NCBI GenBank assembly: GCA_973895155.1
Contig: OZ316894.1
Location: forward strand, 14,089,680 to 14,153,679
Length of the DNA stretch: 64,000 nt
Source of the DNA: Marsupella aquatica
Taxonomy: Eukaryota; Plantae; Marchantiophyta
Direction of reading: 5' to 3'
A model generated the notes under the pieces. The model was not told the origin of the DNA. It worked only from the letters and a program-made list of their open reading frames with translations, and searched no databases. Shown here piece after piece: positions 34,386-46,700 of the stretch (positions are counted from its first letter, which is position 1; the number at the start of each line of letters is the position of its first letter). The translations under genes and the position numbers were made by a program.

Positions 34386-35987
34386 CACTAGTACATTTTG
34401 GGGCCTAGTCCGATTCTCACCTTCCGATGATGCCAAGGTTTCCGATTCTATTCTAATTGGATGTACGATCCAACCGTCCAAGCCAACGCGTATCGGACCT
34501 TGCCATTAAACTAGAATTGGACTATCACCATTCCAACCCAATCACAAACGGGCCGTCACTACAATGTAGGAAAAGTTGGATTGTTTGTCCAAGCTAGAAA
34601 CAATTGGACCGCTTGGTCCGATTCTTCTCCAATGCTAGATGAATTGGAACCCCTTTCCAAAGAAAAACGTAAGCACGTTTTCCGATCAAATTATAATTGG
34701 AAGTTGCCATTCAATACAAATTGGAAGTTTTCGATGCGCATGGAATTCGATATTCCAAGGTTTTCAGGATTGGACAATTGTTTCCAAGTGGTAGGCAATG
34801 GGATTCATATTTGCAATACAAATACAATGAGATCTTGGTCCAATTGTTGGTGCAATGGACTTTGTGGTCCAACTCTTTGGGAATTGGAAGTGTGTCTACG
34901 ATTCATTTAGAATTGGAACCTTTGGCAAGGCCAGGGTCATCCCTCACCTGCTCATGGAAAGTATTGACCGGTCCTGAATCATGTGTAGCATAGCCTTTGT
35001 AGTCTGTGTTCCTAGGATGAGAAATCTTATGCCAATGGCCATTCCTATCTTTACAATGCACTACCCTATAATGGTTACCAAAAGTTTTTGTTAAATTGTA
35101 AGTAAAAGCCTTTTGACTCGATGAAACAAAATTCTTGCGGTCAACAAAAACAGTTGTCTTCATTGTCATCTAGGTCAAAATTCTATATATATTCTATCCC
35201 TAAATGAACTTAACCATGCCCCAAAAGGAATTGTAGCAATTTGAGGAGGACATTGGTTTGTTTGGCGATCTAACATTGATAGGTAAATTGGTTCCCATAT
35301 GGTCAACATAGAGCTTTCATAATTGACCACGCAACCCAATGTCATGATACGCAAGAATTCATCAAGAATTGGCCCAAACTGTGGATCTAAATGAACTCAG
35401 AGGTGTATAAAAACCCCAGGCACTCTATAAGAAACATCAAATGTGCCTAAGGTTGCATGTACAACGCAAGAGCTAAGAACTAGGAAGTTAAGCACCTATT
35501 GAGAGGAATAGTGTTTGGGATGGGTGACCTGACTTCTTTAGTAGCCCACAATCTTGCTCAGACTTGAAGCCTCACACAAAAGAATACACCAGTTAGCTAG
35601 TGATATGCAACCCGTGGAGGAGTAGGATCAGGCCGGGGCAGCGCTAGGGCCGCCGATTGGGGTAATCGCACTTCAATTTTTGATTTGATTCTAATTGGGA
35701 CCCCAAGTACAATAGCACAATAGTTTCCGATTGCGAAGTACTTGGAAATGGTCATGCCATTCTCACATAATTGGACAATTGTTTGCCATTTCTTTTGAAT
35801 TGAATGCGTCTTTCCGATACTAGTTTAATTGGACAAGTCCAATCTCGGTCCGATAACGCTAACCCGATTGTTTGGGGATTGGATGATACGATGCGACTTC
35901 AATCAGAACATCGGTAAAAACTGCAACAATCCGCCGAAGGGGTCCGATTTGAGGAGAATTGGATTAAGGGTGAATTCTGTACTAGTG
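34386..35987 (-). mobile_element. Non-autonomous CACTA element D (1.6 kb)
   Basis: TIR CACTAGTACA at both ends, plus a matching TCC(G/A)ATTCTC further in, with TSD CAT (34383-34385, 35988-35990). CCGAT/AATTGG subterminal motifs are present. The internal transposase remnant 34903-35169 (FTYNLTKTFGNHYRV...THDSG) resembles LTYKRMRAYGNHYRV...SYDCG of element B. Confidence 0.88.
35476..35530 (+). ncRNA. 5S rRNA-derived fragment (internal Pol III promoter core, box A to box C); not a complete 5S gene
   Basis: AGAACT-AGGA-AGTTAAGC-N24-GGATGGGTGACCT versus plant 5S AGAACT-CCGC-AGTTAAGC-N23-GGATGGGTGACCT. The 5' and 3' parts of 5S rRNA are absent. Confidence 0.7.
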
Positions 35988-36228
35988 CATATTGCCTTGG
36001 ATTTTACAGCTCCCTTGGAGGACCTTTGGATATGTGTCGCATTTAGTTATTGCGAGAGATTGATGTATCAGAAGAGATTCCAAGTACCTATACACTTGGC
36101 CTTAGTTTGTGGATCAACTAGTAGACACACCCTACCCCAACCCTTGAAAGATGACATACTTGCCACTTGGCTAGGGGAGGGTGAAGAGGAATAATGAAAC
36201 TAGGCCACCAAAGATTCCACTGTTATTT

Positions 36229-39200
36229 CACTAGTAGAAACTAGGGTGTTAAATAACTAGGTTTTACGACTGCCCATGACTCCTTGTGATTAAAGTTTGG
36301 GGGATATCAAGCCAGTCGTAATTTTGACATAGCGTCTTATTTAAAGTGACTGAAATCAAGTGGTAAGCTTTGTGACTAAGGCTTTAAGTCACATTTTGTG
36401 ACTAATAATGACCAGATCCATACTTGGGCATTTCCGGATGAGAACGTGATACAATCTTAGAAATGACTACAACGTAGTCATTTTCATGACTCAAGACGAG
36501 GTATGAATTAGTCACAAACAGTCAGTGAGGAAGGGTAGCCTTTTGCATATATGACTGGTGCTATGGTTCAATATTCACCACACTCAAATCTAGCCACCGC
36601 AATATTTCACCTTTCAAGTCAGCCAACCAACGATTCTTCCCTGCAGATGCATTGTTCACCCAACGGTTGCTCCTGATCTCCACTACTCCTTTCTTGATTT
36701 TGTCAGGTCCTGCATTGCTTTCTGTGGTACTGCTTGGTGTGATAGGTTTAGGATTTGCTTGAACTTTTGTACTACCCTTTAGTGGACTTCTAATGCCCCC
36801 TGCATCATCCCACATCCATGTCACATCATATAGTAGTAACATCAATACCTTTATATATGTCAAATAGTGGATACCAATTGCAATCTAACTTGCAACTTGA
36901 CCATCTTCACAGAATGCCCATCTCCCAACCAAATATTGTTTATTGTTTCATAAGTGCAACTTACCACATGCTTTGCCGACACTCTATGGATAAGAGGTAG
37001 GCTCAAGTACCTGTACATCTTCCCCACCAGCCAACCAATCAAGCTCTGCCCATTGCTCAGAAGCATAGGCTACACTAGTCCCTTGTCCTGCCTCTACTTC
37101 AGGTTCATAGTAAAACTCCTTGTCAGTTACTCCCCAATCAGGATGGGCAGAATCTACAATCACATAATTAAGCAACATAGTTTTAGGACTTTAACATCAC
37201 ACTGGCATACCCATTATTGTCAAAGTAAATTACGTAAATGCCACAATTGAAGGGCAATCCCTACTCACATCTCCAATTGTGTCTTGTTGCTCCATACTGC
37301 TCAGTGTGTGGTGGTGGTCTACCTTGGCCTTGTGTAATGTATGGTGGTGGTGGACCTGTAACATACAAAGCAGTGTGCCCAACAGGTGGTGGTGGTCCGT
37401 ACCCATCCACTTGTGGGGATGATCATTCTCCCCTGAGAGGGTGCATTGTGTGTTGGTGGTGCTCCATACACCACAGTGTACCCCTTGCTGCGTGGGGTTG
37501 CTCCAACCTGACCTGGTCCTGTGCTATGTGTGTTGTTGGTCTACCTGCAAAGGAGGGTGGGATGTGCCCACCATGTGGTGTGGCTCCATACACAACAGTG
37601 TCACCACCTACACCAATAGTTGTTGTTCCATACCCAATGTTGTGTTGGGTTTTACTTGGAGGTGGAGGTGGGATGTGCCCAACACACCCCACTGGTTTGG
37701 ACCCATGTGCAATGTGATGCACTGTGTTTTTTCCCTCTAGATGTTGTTGTACTGTGCCCACGGCCCACAAGGAGAATGATAATAGAAAGCTGGCCACGTT
37801 GCCACCACAATTTGCCAAACCAGGAGAATTTCTAGCAGTGTTATACTCTTTGAATGGGGGATGAAATGACCCTACATCGGCGGTCAGAGTGATCTCCAAG
37901 CACAAGGAGAGGAATTACCCTAGTACACAGCGTGTTATAAGGTTCTTTGAATCACCCACGTCATGCATGCCAAGCAGTCCAGCAGTAGCAAGAAATAAGA
38001 AATGCGAGCAACAACTAAGCTTAAAGCTTGCCCGCAATGCACTTTTAGACCCCCTAGCTTTGAAACTATGCCAACAAACAAACATGAACACCCATGATGC
38101 AAAGTAGATTAGCTGCATGCAGGCACTCAAGGAGACAGTACTATCAGCTTTTGGATCACCACAAAGTCTCACAAGGAGTGCCAAGAAGAACTAGGTAGAA
38201 CACAATGTAAAATGCAGCAAGGGAAAGGCCAAGTCAACAACATCCTTTTTGAGAAAGCGTTGCATTTGCACCTCAGTTGCTGCAACTTCCTTACGCTTGC
38301 AGCCCCAATCGCAATGTACAGCAGTCTAGATTCCCGGTCTTTTCGCAATGGTCATAGCTCCATATTAGACCCCTACTATCAATGTTGCTTTGACTAGAAG
38401 GTCAATGCACGTTATCCGCACTTGCAGCCACACTCTAGCTGCGCTCAACTTTTGCCTTGCAGGCGCACTCTAGCTGCACTTAGGCTATGCCGGGGGCTGT
38501 GCATTGTATCGAGCTCAGTTAGGCAACTCCAATTTGAAGAGGACTCCATTGATTGCCGACTCCACTCACAGACAGCGAACACAGTGCAATTCTGTCCAGG
38601 AAATGTGAAACCAAACAATAGTAGCGCTCCAAAACCACTATGTTTTGCTGGACTGGAGAAGCTCCCAAACCTGAATAACAGAGTGCGCGTTGTGGTGATG
38701 GCGCAACCAACTCATACTGCGCGAGAAGACCCTAAAGCCAAGCTGCCCAACAAGAAACAAACGGCCTTGCCAACAAACATAGCACCGCACCTTAGATGCA
38801 GTGGTGGACCTTGCCACCCTGCGCCCTCACAAATCCCAGCACCCCCGCCTAAGTGCCCTTGGTGCCCAAACATCTCCACGGAATACCTCGAGCAAGCAAT
38901 CTAATGCCCATTGCACCGTCTGTGGCCCCTCCCATACAAAGCCGCACTTGCTCTCTAACACGACCGCTACTCAACGGTCATCACTGTTTGCACAAGTAAC
39001 CAAGCGCCTTGGTAAGTAACCCAATAGGATCTAGATCTCTCCCCAAGTCTAGCATCCTAACTCAAGCTCAATAGACATTGGTAAGTAGGTCAGCAATAGG
39101 TCCTCCCGATGCCATAAGCTAGAACCAGAACCGACACCCACTATTTGTCTAGAACAACTTCTTCCTTGGGTGCATCCCAGGTTTCCCCTTGTACCTATCC

Positions 39201-40877
39201 ATCACCAACTCACTGCCCTGCCCCCAGCACATGCTCATGGCCCAAATAACATACCTTGTCCTAAAGCTTGTCCCAACACGCCGGGACCAAATTGGCCCCG
39301 ACTCTAGCAACCAACTCCCGGTTCTCGCTCCACTGATGGTCTAGGGACCAAGTGCCCTTGGAACTCAACCTCCATGCCTACTTGGCCTTGCCTCCCCAAC
39401 GCAAGCTGTTTTGGCAAGATTTGGCAAGCGGGCGAGATAGCCCCTCAAACCCCGCAAACCCATGGTGCCCCTAGACCCAGCTGATCTCAGGAGGATGTAG
39501 TCCTCCTTGAGACCTTCCAACGCACCCAATAAGTCCTCCAATAGACTTTCTATTGGGAAGTTATCACCGTTTGTGTTTGGCATTTTCTCTTAGCGTTGCG
39601 ACCGTCGCGGCCCACGACTTTGGCTCGCCCTTAGTCCTCAGGGAGACACCACTCCCCTCATATATGCTTCTGGAAACCTGCCACCCCCGCACTAACTTTG
39701 GTCCCCAAATTTTGGCCCCCCACCTGGACCCCAACCCGCATGTCTGGGCCCGCCACCAACTGGCAATGCCCATAACTTTCTAGTTAGGTGTCTGTAAGCA
39801 TAGTGCCTTAGCCCGTTGTGATCGGGCCAACCCAGTGGTCATGCCTAGGCCCTCAGATTAGGTCCCGGGGCCCCCAATCGGCCAAAACCAGATCGGGTCG
39901 TAACTTGTGCCCCAAGTATCCGTTGCCCATGGAGTAAACTCCATTTGCCTTGGGCCCAAGAGGAGCTCTCACTCAAGCCCTCAGAACTCAAAGTACGTCT
40001 GGGGCTCCGGACGGCCGACCTTGAGCGTAGCCCTATCCCCTTGACCCGACCAGCCCTCAACTAGTCTAAGTCCTTAGTGTGTGTCACCAGCTCAGCGCCT
40101 TGCCTTTGCCAGTGCCACGCTCCATTGCCCACAAGTCTCCCCATGCTAAGTCCTCCTCGGATGGCCGTTCTGGGCCTGGACCATAGAGGAGCTTGACGTC
40201 AGAGTCAGCGACGCCAAAGCTAAGTGTTAAGGTAGTCGAGTTCCCCGACTGACGTGCATACTTCCCACCGACAATACACAATAAAATGAGGGAAAGTGGC
40301 ACTCACGGCATGTAGTGTGCAGGATTGTATTCCGTTGGCGGGATTAGGGTTGAAGTGTCTTTCTACTCCAAACAGAAAAACACCAAAGGATCTTGTGCGA
40401 TTAAAAGCGGTATGTCAAGGCCCGTTGAGATGCCCTGACCGATGCCAACCGTTGTTGATGTTGCAACGGGAAATGGTTGTGATAAAAGGGTAACCCCATG
40501 GCTCCAAATGTGTATGGGGTACCCTAAATTCCCTTTACCCAGGCATATGGCACTTCACATTATTTGGTCGTAGTGTATATGAACACAATGAAAATTAATA
40601 ATGAAGTCAAATTTCTGACTAAATTGGACCTAGGTTACTACTGGCCATTTTCTTAGGTAGACTAACTATGACCACGTAGTTATATACTTGTATAACTGAT
40701 TCAATACATCATGCTTTTTAAGCTGTTCAAGGGTCTTAAATTGTCCTACTCAAGACTACTGATGACTAGTATGTCTTATGGTGTCTCAAAAATAAGGCTG
40801 GTGTTAAAAGTTGGCACTTTTGTGGTCACCCCTGTCACAAGTGGTCTGGTCACGAAACGGGCCGGTTTCTACTAGTG
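36229..40877 (-). mobile_element. Internally deleted CACTA element E (4.6 kb)
   Basis: 13-bp TIR CACTAGTAGAAAC at both ends with TSD TTT (36226-36228, 40878-40880) and TGACT/AGTCA subterminal motifs. The TnpA-like remnant 36561-36863 (GKNRWLADLKGEILRWLDLS) is homologous to 11578-12240. Confidence 0.9.
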
Positions 40878-40959
40878 TTTGTAACACTATATTTTGTTAC
40901 GTCAATGTTCTATTTGTTACTTAAAAATTTCATGGCCACTTGTTTCTTTGCTATCTTGT

Positions 40960-41050
40960 AGACTTCATGGCTCTTGGTTCATGGTTCACAATTCATGGCT
41001 CATGGTAGACTTCATGGCTCATGGTAGACTTCATGGCTCATGGTTCACAA
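40960..41050. repeat. 19-bp minisatellite (TAGACTTCATGGCTCATGG-like)
   Basis: About 4-5 degenerate tandem units are visible. Confidence 0.8.
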
Positions 41051-42019
41051 TTCTCACTCTAATTTTCTTTGTAGATATGGAAGGTAGAAATAGGCAAGTC
41101 TGATCCCTAGACATGCTTCCCAAGGGCACATACATTGTGTCGTGGATGAACAACATTGGATATCGACTTTTTTCCATGGCTGACATTGAATCAAATTTTC
41201 CTGGGTTTTGAAATGTTGTGCGGGATTGCCACTACCTCAATCCTCAGCCCCATAATATGTGTTGAGGAATACTTACGCATGGATGCATATAGTTGGTGTG
41301 CAAACGAACCACACCAGAAGAGAGCTTAATGTTCCTAGTTATGTGGTTCGGGCTTGTGACTTGGGTGCAAGAGGAAGGCTCCCAGATATATTAGAAGAGG
41401 CTATATGGAATACTTGGCAATCAGAGGAAGAAGCTTTTTGGGATTCACTCCTAGATATTTATAAGTAGACTTTATGTAGTGCACAAATAATATTCCTCAC
41501 CTTAATATGGAAAATAATATGTAGTTTTTCATTTTTGTGTACTCATTCATATGTACATCTTTTGCTTTGTAGAATCACCAATAATCTGACAAGGAGCATC
41601 GCCATCTTGACGGTGACTGATCATGACCTTGGCACACATTGGTTGACCTGGAGCAATGGTACTACTCAATTGTTAGAGATAACAAGCTTGCTAGAGGTTG
41701 AGTGTGATTAGCCTTTGCTATTCACAACAATAATTGCAGATTGTCAAGAGCTGTTGAATCCAGCAGTGCCACTCAAGGATCTTCAGATGTGTGTTGCTTA
41801 TAGCTTCACTGAAACAGTCAACAAAAATAAATAAATTCAGGTTTACATCCACTTGGCTTGGATTTGTGGGTTTGCTGAGAGAACCCGACTATCTCCACCA
41901 CTGGAGGAAGCCATCAAGGAGGCTTGGCATGACAAGGAGGAAGTCTTTGTAGGGTTCCGTGAAAACCAAAAGCATATACTAGGGATCAGGCCACACATGC
42001 ATGTCTAGTGGCATGGAGC

Positions 42020-42815
42020 CATTCTATATCAGAGGAATAAGTGCATGACAGGATATGTGCCCGTTGCAGGAGTTGTGTTGAGACCATTGAACACCTGTTC
42101 TTCACCTGCAAGACGGTGACAAAGAGATGGAGAGAAGTGCACAACATTCTGCAGGGAGCTTCTGCACTAAAGTTCTCTAATCAGAATTTGTTCCACACGA
42201 TTGTCTTTGCGGTTCGAATTCACAAACAGAAACCAGGACCACTGATCATTGTGATGGAGATGAGCAACAGCATATGGAAGGAAAGGAACGCTACTACCTA
42301 TTCCCAATTCCAGGGGAGACTCCCGGGATGGGTGGTCCTAAGACAAGCAGAAACACACCTGAGGACGCTAGCTGTACGAGGGGTGCACCACACCCAGGAA
42401 ACTGAGGAAAGCGTTGGAACAAATTCAGAATGATTGTGCTGAAACCCTGGGAACAGACTGAGAGCCTTGTTGCCCTGAATTTGTCTATTGATGAGTTTTT
42501 ACCCAGCTACACTGGGGTGAAAGAGGGGGGGGGGAATATGCAGGTTAGGTGGGACAAGGAGAGGTTACAGGGAATTAATACTAGACTAGATAAGTTGCAC
42601 AAGAGTTTCTCTAGTGTGGAGCATGAACCTTTAGTTGAGTACAAGGATAGCACTTTCAAGGGGGGTCAAATGATGGGGGGGATTCAGGGAGAGATGGTGT
42701 TGGCGACCACCTGGTGGTTGCACCGGGTTTTCTGACCTGATTGCCCGGGGTGGTTCTGTCTCCTGGGGGTTTGTGCGGGTCCCGGCCCTGTTCTGGTTTT
42801 TGGTGGGAAAAAAAA
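42020..42815 (+). mobile_element. 5'-truncated LINE fragment (zf-RVT/CCHC end of ORF2 plus 3' tail)
   Basis: CARCRSCVETIEHLFFTC...W...IWKERN is the L1 ORF2 C-terminal zinc motif. It is followed by a GT-rich 3' region ending in an A-run at ~42807-42815. Confidence 0.75.
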
Positions 42816-43019
42816 CTGATATCAACGGAGTGATAACTGATGATGTTGTGTAACCTGTCTCTAGGTCACCAACCTGACATTGAACATCTACTTTTCAATT
42901 TCAATGGAATTATATTTCTTTTTGAAGACCCATTTGCTAGTCACTGGTTATTGATCTGCTAGGATCTTAACAAAAAATCTCAAGTCTTGTTATCCATTAG
43001 TAATTACATCTCCCTTTGA

Positions 43020-43195
43020 GTTGCAACACCTCATTCAACCTTGCCCAGTAGTGTTATCCATTAGTAATTAAATCTCCCTTTGCACCTCATTCAAGCTTGC
43101 CCAATCTTACATCTCTATTTGCATTGTAGCACCTCATTCAAGCTTGCCCAATCTTACATCTCTATTTGCATTGTAGCACCTCATTCAAGCTTGTA
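43020..43195. repeat. ~55-bp tandem repeat
   Basis: GCACCTCATTCAAGCTTGCCCAATCTTACATCTCTATTTGCATTGTA is repeated about 2.5 times, with a degenerate copy before it. Confidence 0.8.
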
Positions 43196-43722
43196 GATAA
43201 TGCATTATTTTCATTAAGAGGAGAAATACTATTGTACTCTCAATTAAATGAACCCACTAATGTCATTCCTGGTCATCTCACTTAAATGAACCCACCAATA
43301 TGTCATTCCTGGTCAAACGTCCTCATAGTCACCAATTCACATTGAGTTTTCCATGCTGGTCTAATCGGAGGGTGGAACTAGGGATATTCCATGATATATT
43401 GTGGGATTGTGTTCTGTTTACACACCTTGAGCTCAACATTTTTAGCCTTTTCCCACTTTAGTCGATTGGCATGGAATTACTAGGTAAGGGATATTCCATG
43501 ATTTATTGTGGGATAGTATTCCGTTTACACACCTTGAGCTTGACTTTGAGACTTTTCCCACAATGGACATGAGAATAGGTACATGTGACTTTGTGGCCAG
43601 ATGGATAGTTACAAGAAATAAAGCAGATAATTAGTGGATCAATGGGTATCAATGTCATGAGCCTCGAGTTAGGAGCATTATGTGCAAGGATATCATATAA
43701 AACCGAAAAAAGAAAAAAGTAT

Positions 43723-46700
43723 GGGGGGGGCTGATCGAGAACTGAAATTGGCGCAAAAGCGGCGTTGGCTTTTTGCTCCCCTTACGAGGTTATTGAAGGT
43801 TTTCGCTAAGGAATGATAAGGGTCGTGTGGAGGAGGTAGATGAGTTGAAAGGGGAAGTCGATAGGCAGGTTTCTGTTCTATACCGAAGTTATGAGCTGCG
43901 ATATGGTTGGGAGGAAAGGGAGATCCTGATTGAGGGGTTTGCGCAGTTGCTTAAGTTAGGTTATAGTGCAAATATGATGTAGGAGACAAGATTGCCGCTG
44001 ATGGATCCGCATGGATGGAGCACATTATGTAGTTTGGAGTAGTGCTGCTTGCGGGAAAATCCGGTTGGCCTCACTTGGATGACAGCATCGCGCGGAGGTG
44101 ATTGAACGAAGGCTTAGGGTTAAGAAAACAGAGAGGTGACAACAACATACGGAAGCACGGGGGGTAGTGTGGGAGGTGATCACATTTGTGTCTCTTTCTC
44201 TCTTATGTGCGAAGACAGTGGAGATCGGGCACTACTAGGAGCAATTCAGTAAAAATGTTGGTACTATCTTGGTGGCTTGCGCTGTGGGGTACCTCACTAG
44301 GATCCTTGAGGAGTACATAGTGCTCCTCCCTGATCGTGGTGATGCATTACATAAGGGCTGGGACAGAGCAACAAAATTGGTTCGTGAGGGGTTCTTTGCG
44401 TAAGCAAGGCGTGTATCTGGGATTACGCTGCTACTGAGTGACACAACTCGGAGTAAGTAAGTTGTGGGTCTGGGAGTGCGCTGCTACTGGGTGCCGCAAC
44501 GGTTGGTGCCTGGGATCTGAGCAAGTAAGTCCTCCATATTACATGTGTGGTTCGGGAAGAATCGAACAACCGATACTCAGGTAAGGATCGGGACTGATCA
44601 AGTGTGAATTCCGTTAGGATTAGGAGTAATCGTGTTGAGAAATGGACTACTATGGACCTAGAGAAGGTGGGCAGCGTTATACGAATGATCGTGGCAGAAT
44701 TGCTGGTGCACGGGGCTCGCGTTTTGGTTCTACGGGGGCGGATTGGCAGGGAGGTCGTGCTGGTGGTAGGGGCGGCCACTCGTCGATGAGGGGTGGAGGG
44801 AGTGTTGATGCCAATAGACAACAGTATTCTCCCCAGGATGCACGCACTGGATACACTGCGGATGGCAATGGTATTGCTGAACCTCGACCTGAAACCTTTC
44901 ACTTGGCTCAGCGGCAATGGGAAGCGGAGCAAAATTCACAGCAGCAATGGGCTGCGCAGCAAACTGCTCTGAATTCAAGACCAACAGATTTTGGAGCTGG
45001 CCGGAGCTTGAGCGAAAATTCTGGGAGGCAGATCGGCACAACGGGTGGAGTTGCTGAAGAGAGGCAACGACAGGGTGCGTCTGGTACTGGGAAGGTAAAC
45101 GTAGATGCGGAGATGCTTGAGGAGGAAGAACCTGAGGAAACATCAGAGGAGTGCATTCGGATCCTTAAAGAAATTGAGGGAAGTGGACCGGGAGGTGTTG
45201 CTGCTGCCACTGAGGAGGCTGGGGAGATAGCGGAACATACGGGTGGGTCTGCCAAGTGCTTGACTCCACTGGTTGCTTCTTCTCCTGTGGGGACTCGGAT
45301 CCTGGGTAACCCGGAACTGGGGGTCACTCCCCCGGCTGAAAGAATTGGCAGGGTGGCCTCACCTGGGGCTCGTCCTCGTATCTAGGTGTGGGGGATCGCT
45401 AGATCCTCGGGCTTACCTCTGTTGGATAGCCTGAATGGATAGCCCGTGGAAAATCGCCTCTTGGAATGTGTGCGGGCTGTGTGAGCCCAATAGGAAACAT
45501 GTGATCAAAAACTGGGCCGTGGCATTAAGGCCCCCTCTGGATATATTTGCATTACAAGAAGTGAAGTCAGAACAGTTCAGATTGGACATTGCCCTACGTA
45601 CTATTCTACCACTGTATCAACACTTCTCTGCAGCCCCGGATGGGGGACGTGGGGGGTCAGCCCTGCTCATACAACCCCTGCTTAAAGTGATTAGATCTGG
45701 TGCACTTGAGCTTGGGAGAGCGGTATGGGTGATTATAGAGCATACTAGTGGTATGATTGGAGTGGTAAGTGTGTATGCCCCCAACTCTGCAAGACAACGG
45801 GCTCTATTATGGCATGAACTCAAGGTAGAACTGCCACAAGCGAACTGGATTTTGTGCGGTGATTTCAACATGACTGAATCTAGGATGGATTCATCGAGCG
45901 GATCCTCCTTACTGAAGGGACGGGAGGCAGAATTTTGGCGTTTTTTACAAGTGCGATTGGATCTTATTGATGTCTATAACCTGGGCTGCACAGTGATAGG
46001 ATCAAGATACACGTGGAGACGTGTCCGGCATGCAAACCTCACTCAGTCTAGACTGGACAGGTTTTACCTTAGTGGTCTTGGAGGTTGGATTGCTGGCACA
46101 GTGGAGCTAACTCATGATGGGGGCTCGTCACTGTCGGACCATGATCCCATTGTGGCTGTTTTGCGCTTTCAGATTGAGGAGAGGGATTCGGAAAGAGGTA
46201 AATCCCACTTTTTTAAAGCTAACCCTTACGTACTCCGGGATCCGAAGAATATTGAGCAATTGGAGGCTGCCTGGCGGGCGGGGGGGTGGGCGAGGTGAAC
46301 CCTCACTTGCGTTTCTCTCGTGCATGTTAGAGACTACGAAAAAAATATATGGAGTTGCAATCCGCACCGAGACAGTCTGAGGAGGAGTTGAAATTTCCGA
46401 GAGATAAAGTGAGAATACTTAAGACTACTATTGTAGATGAATGCTCACTGGATGAACTGACAGAGTTTCTGCAATGGGAGGACATGCTTCACGTAGCTGA
46501 AGTTGAGACGGCGCACCAGGCCAGACGGTTAGCTAGAATTCGGTGGCTGGGAGAAGGGGAGGAATCAACTAAATTTTACTTTGCCACAGTCAAGGCTAAA
46601 AGAGAGAGAGAAGCTATGAGGATGCTAGTAAAGGAGGATGGATCGGTACTTACAGATTTCAAGGACATCATTGGGGAAGTAGAGCAGCAATGTGAGGCGC

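Noticed and set aside
35476-35530. Functional 5S rRNA gene
   Set aside because: Only the internal promoter region matches; the 5' and 3' stem sequences and a T-run terminator at the proper distance are missing.
37238-40500. Numerous GC-rich ORFs of 60-160 aa inside element E
   Set aside because: No recognisable domains; they overlap on both strands with alternative starts. They are likely degenerate low-complexity TnpA exons and filler sequence.
43700-43725. TSD for the LINE (AAAAGT before the G-run vs AAAAGT after the 3' end)
   Set aside because: Too short and A-rich to be significant; the boundaries are left approximate.
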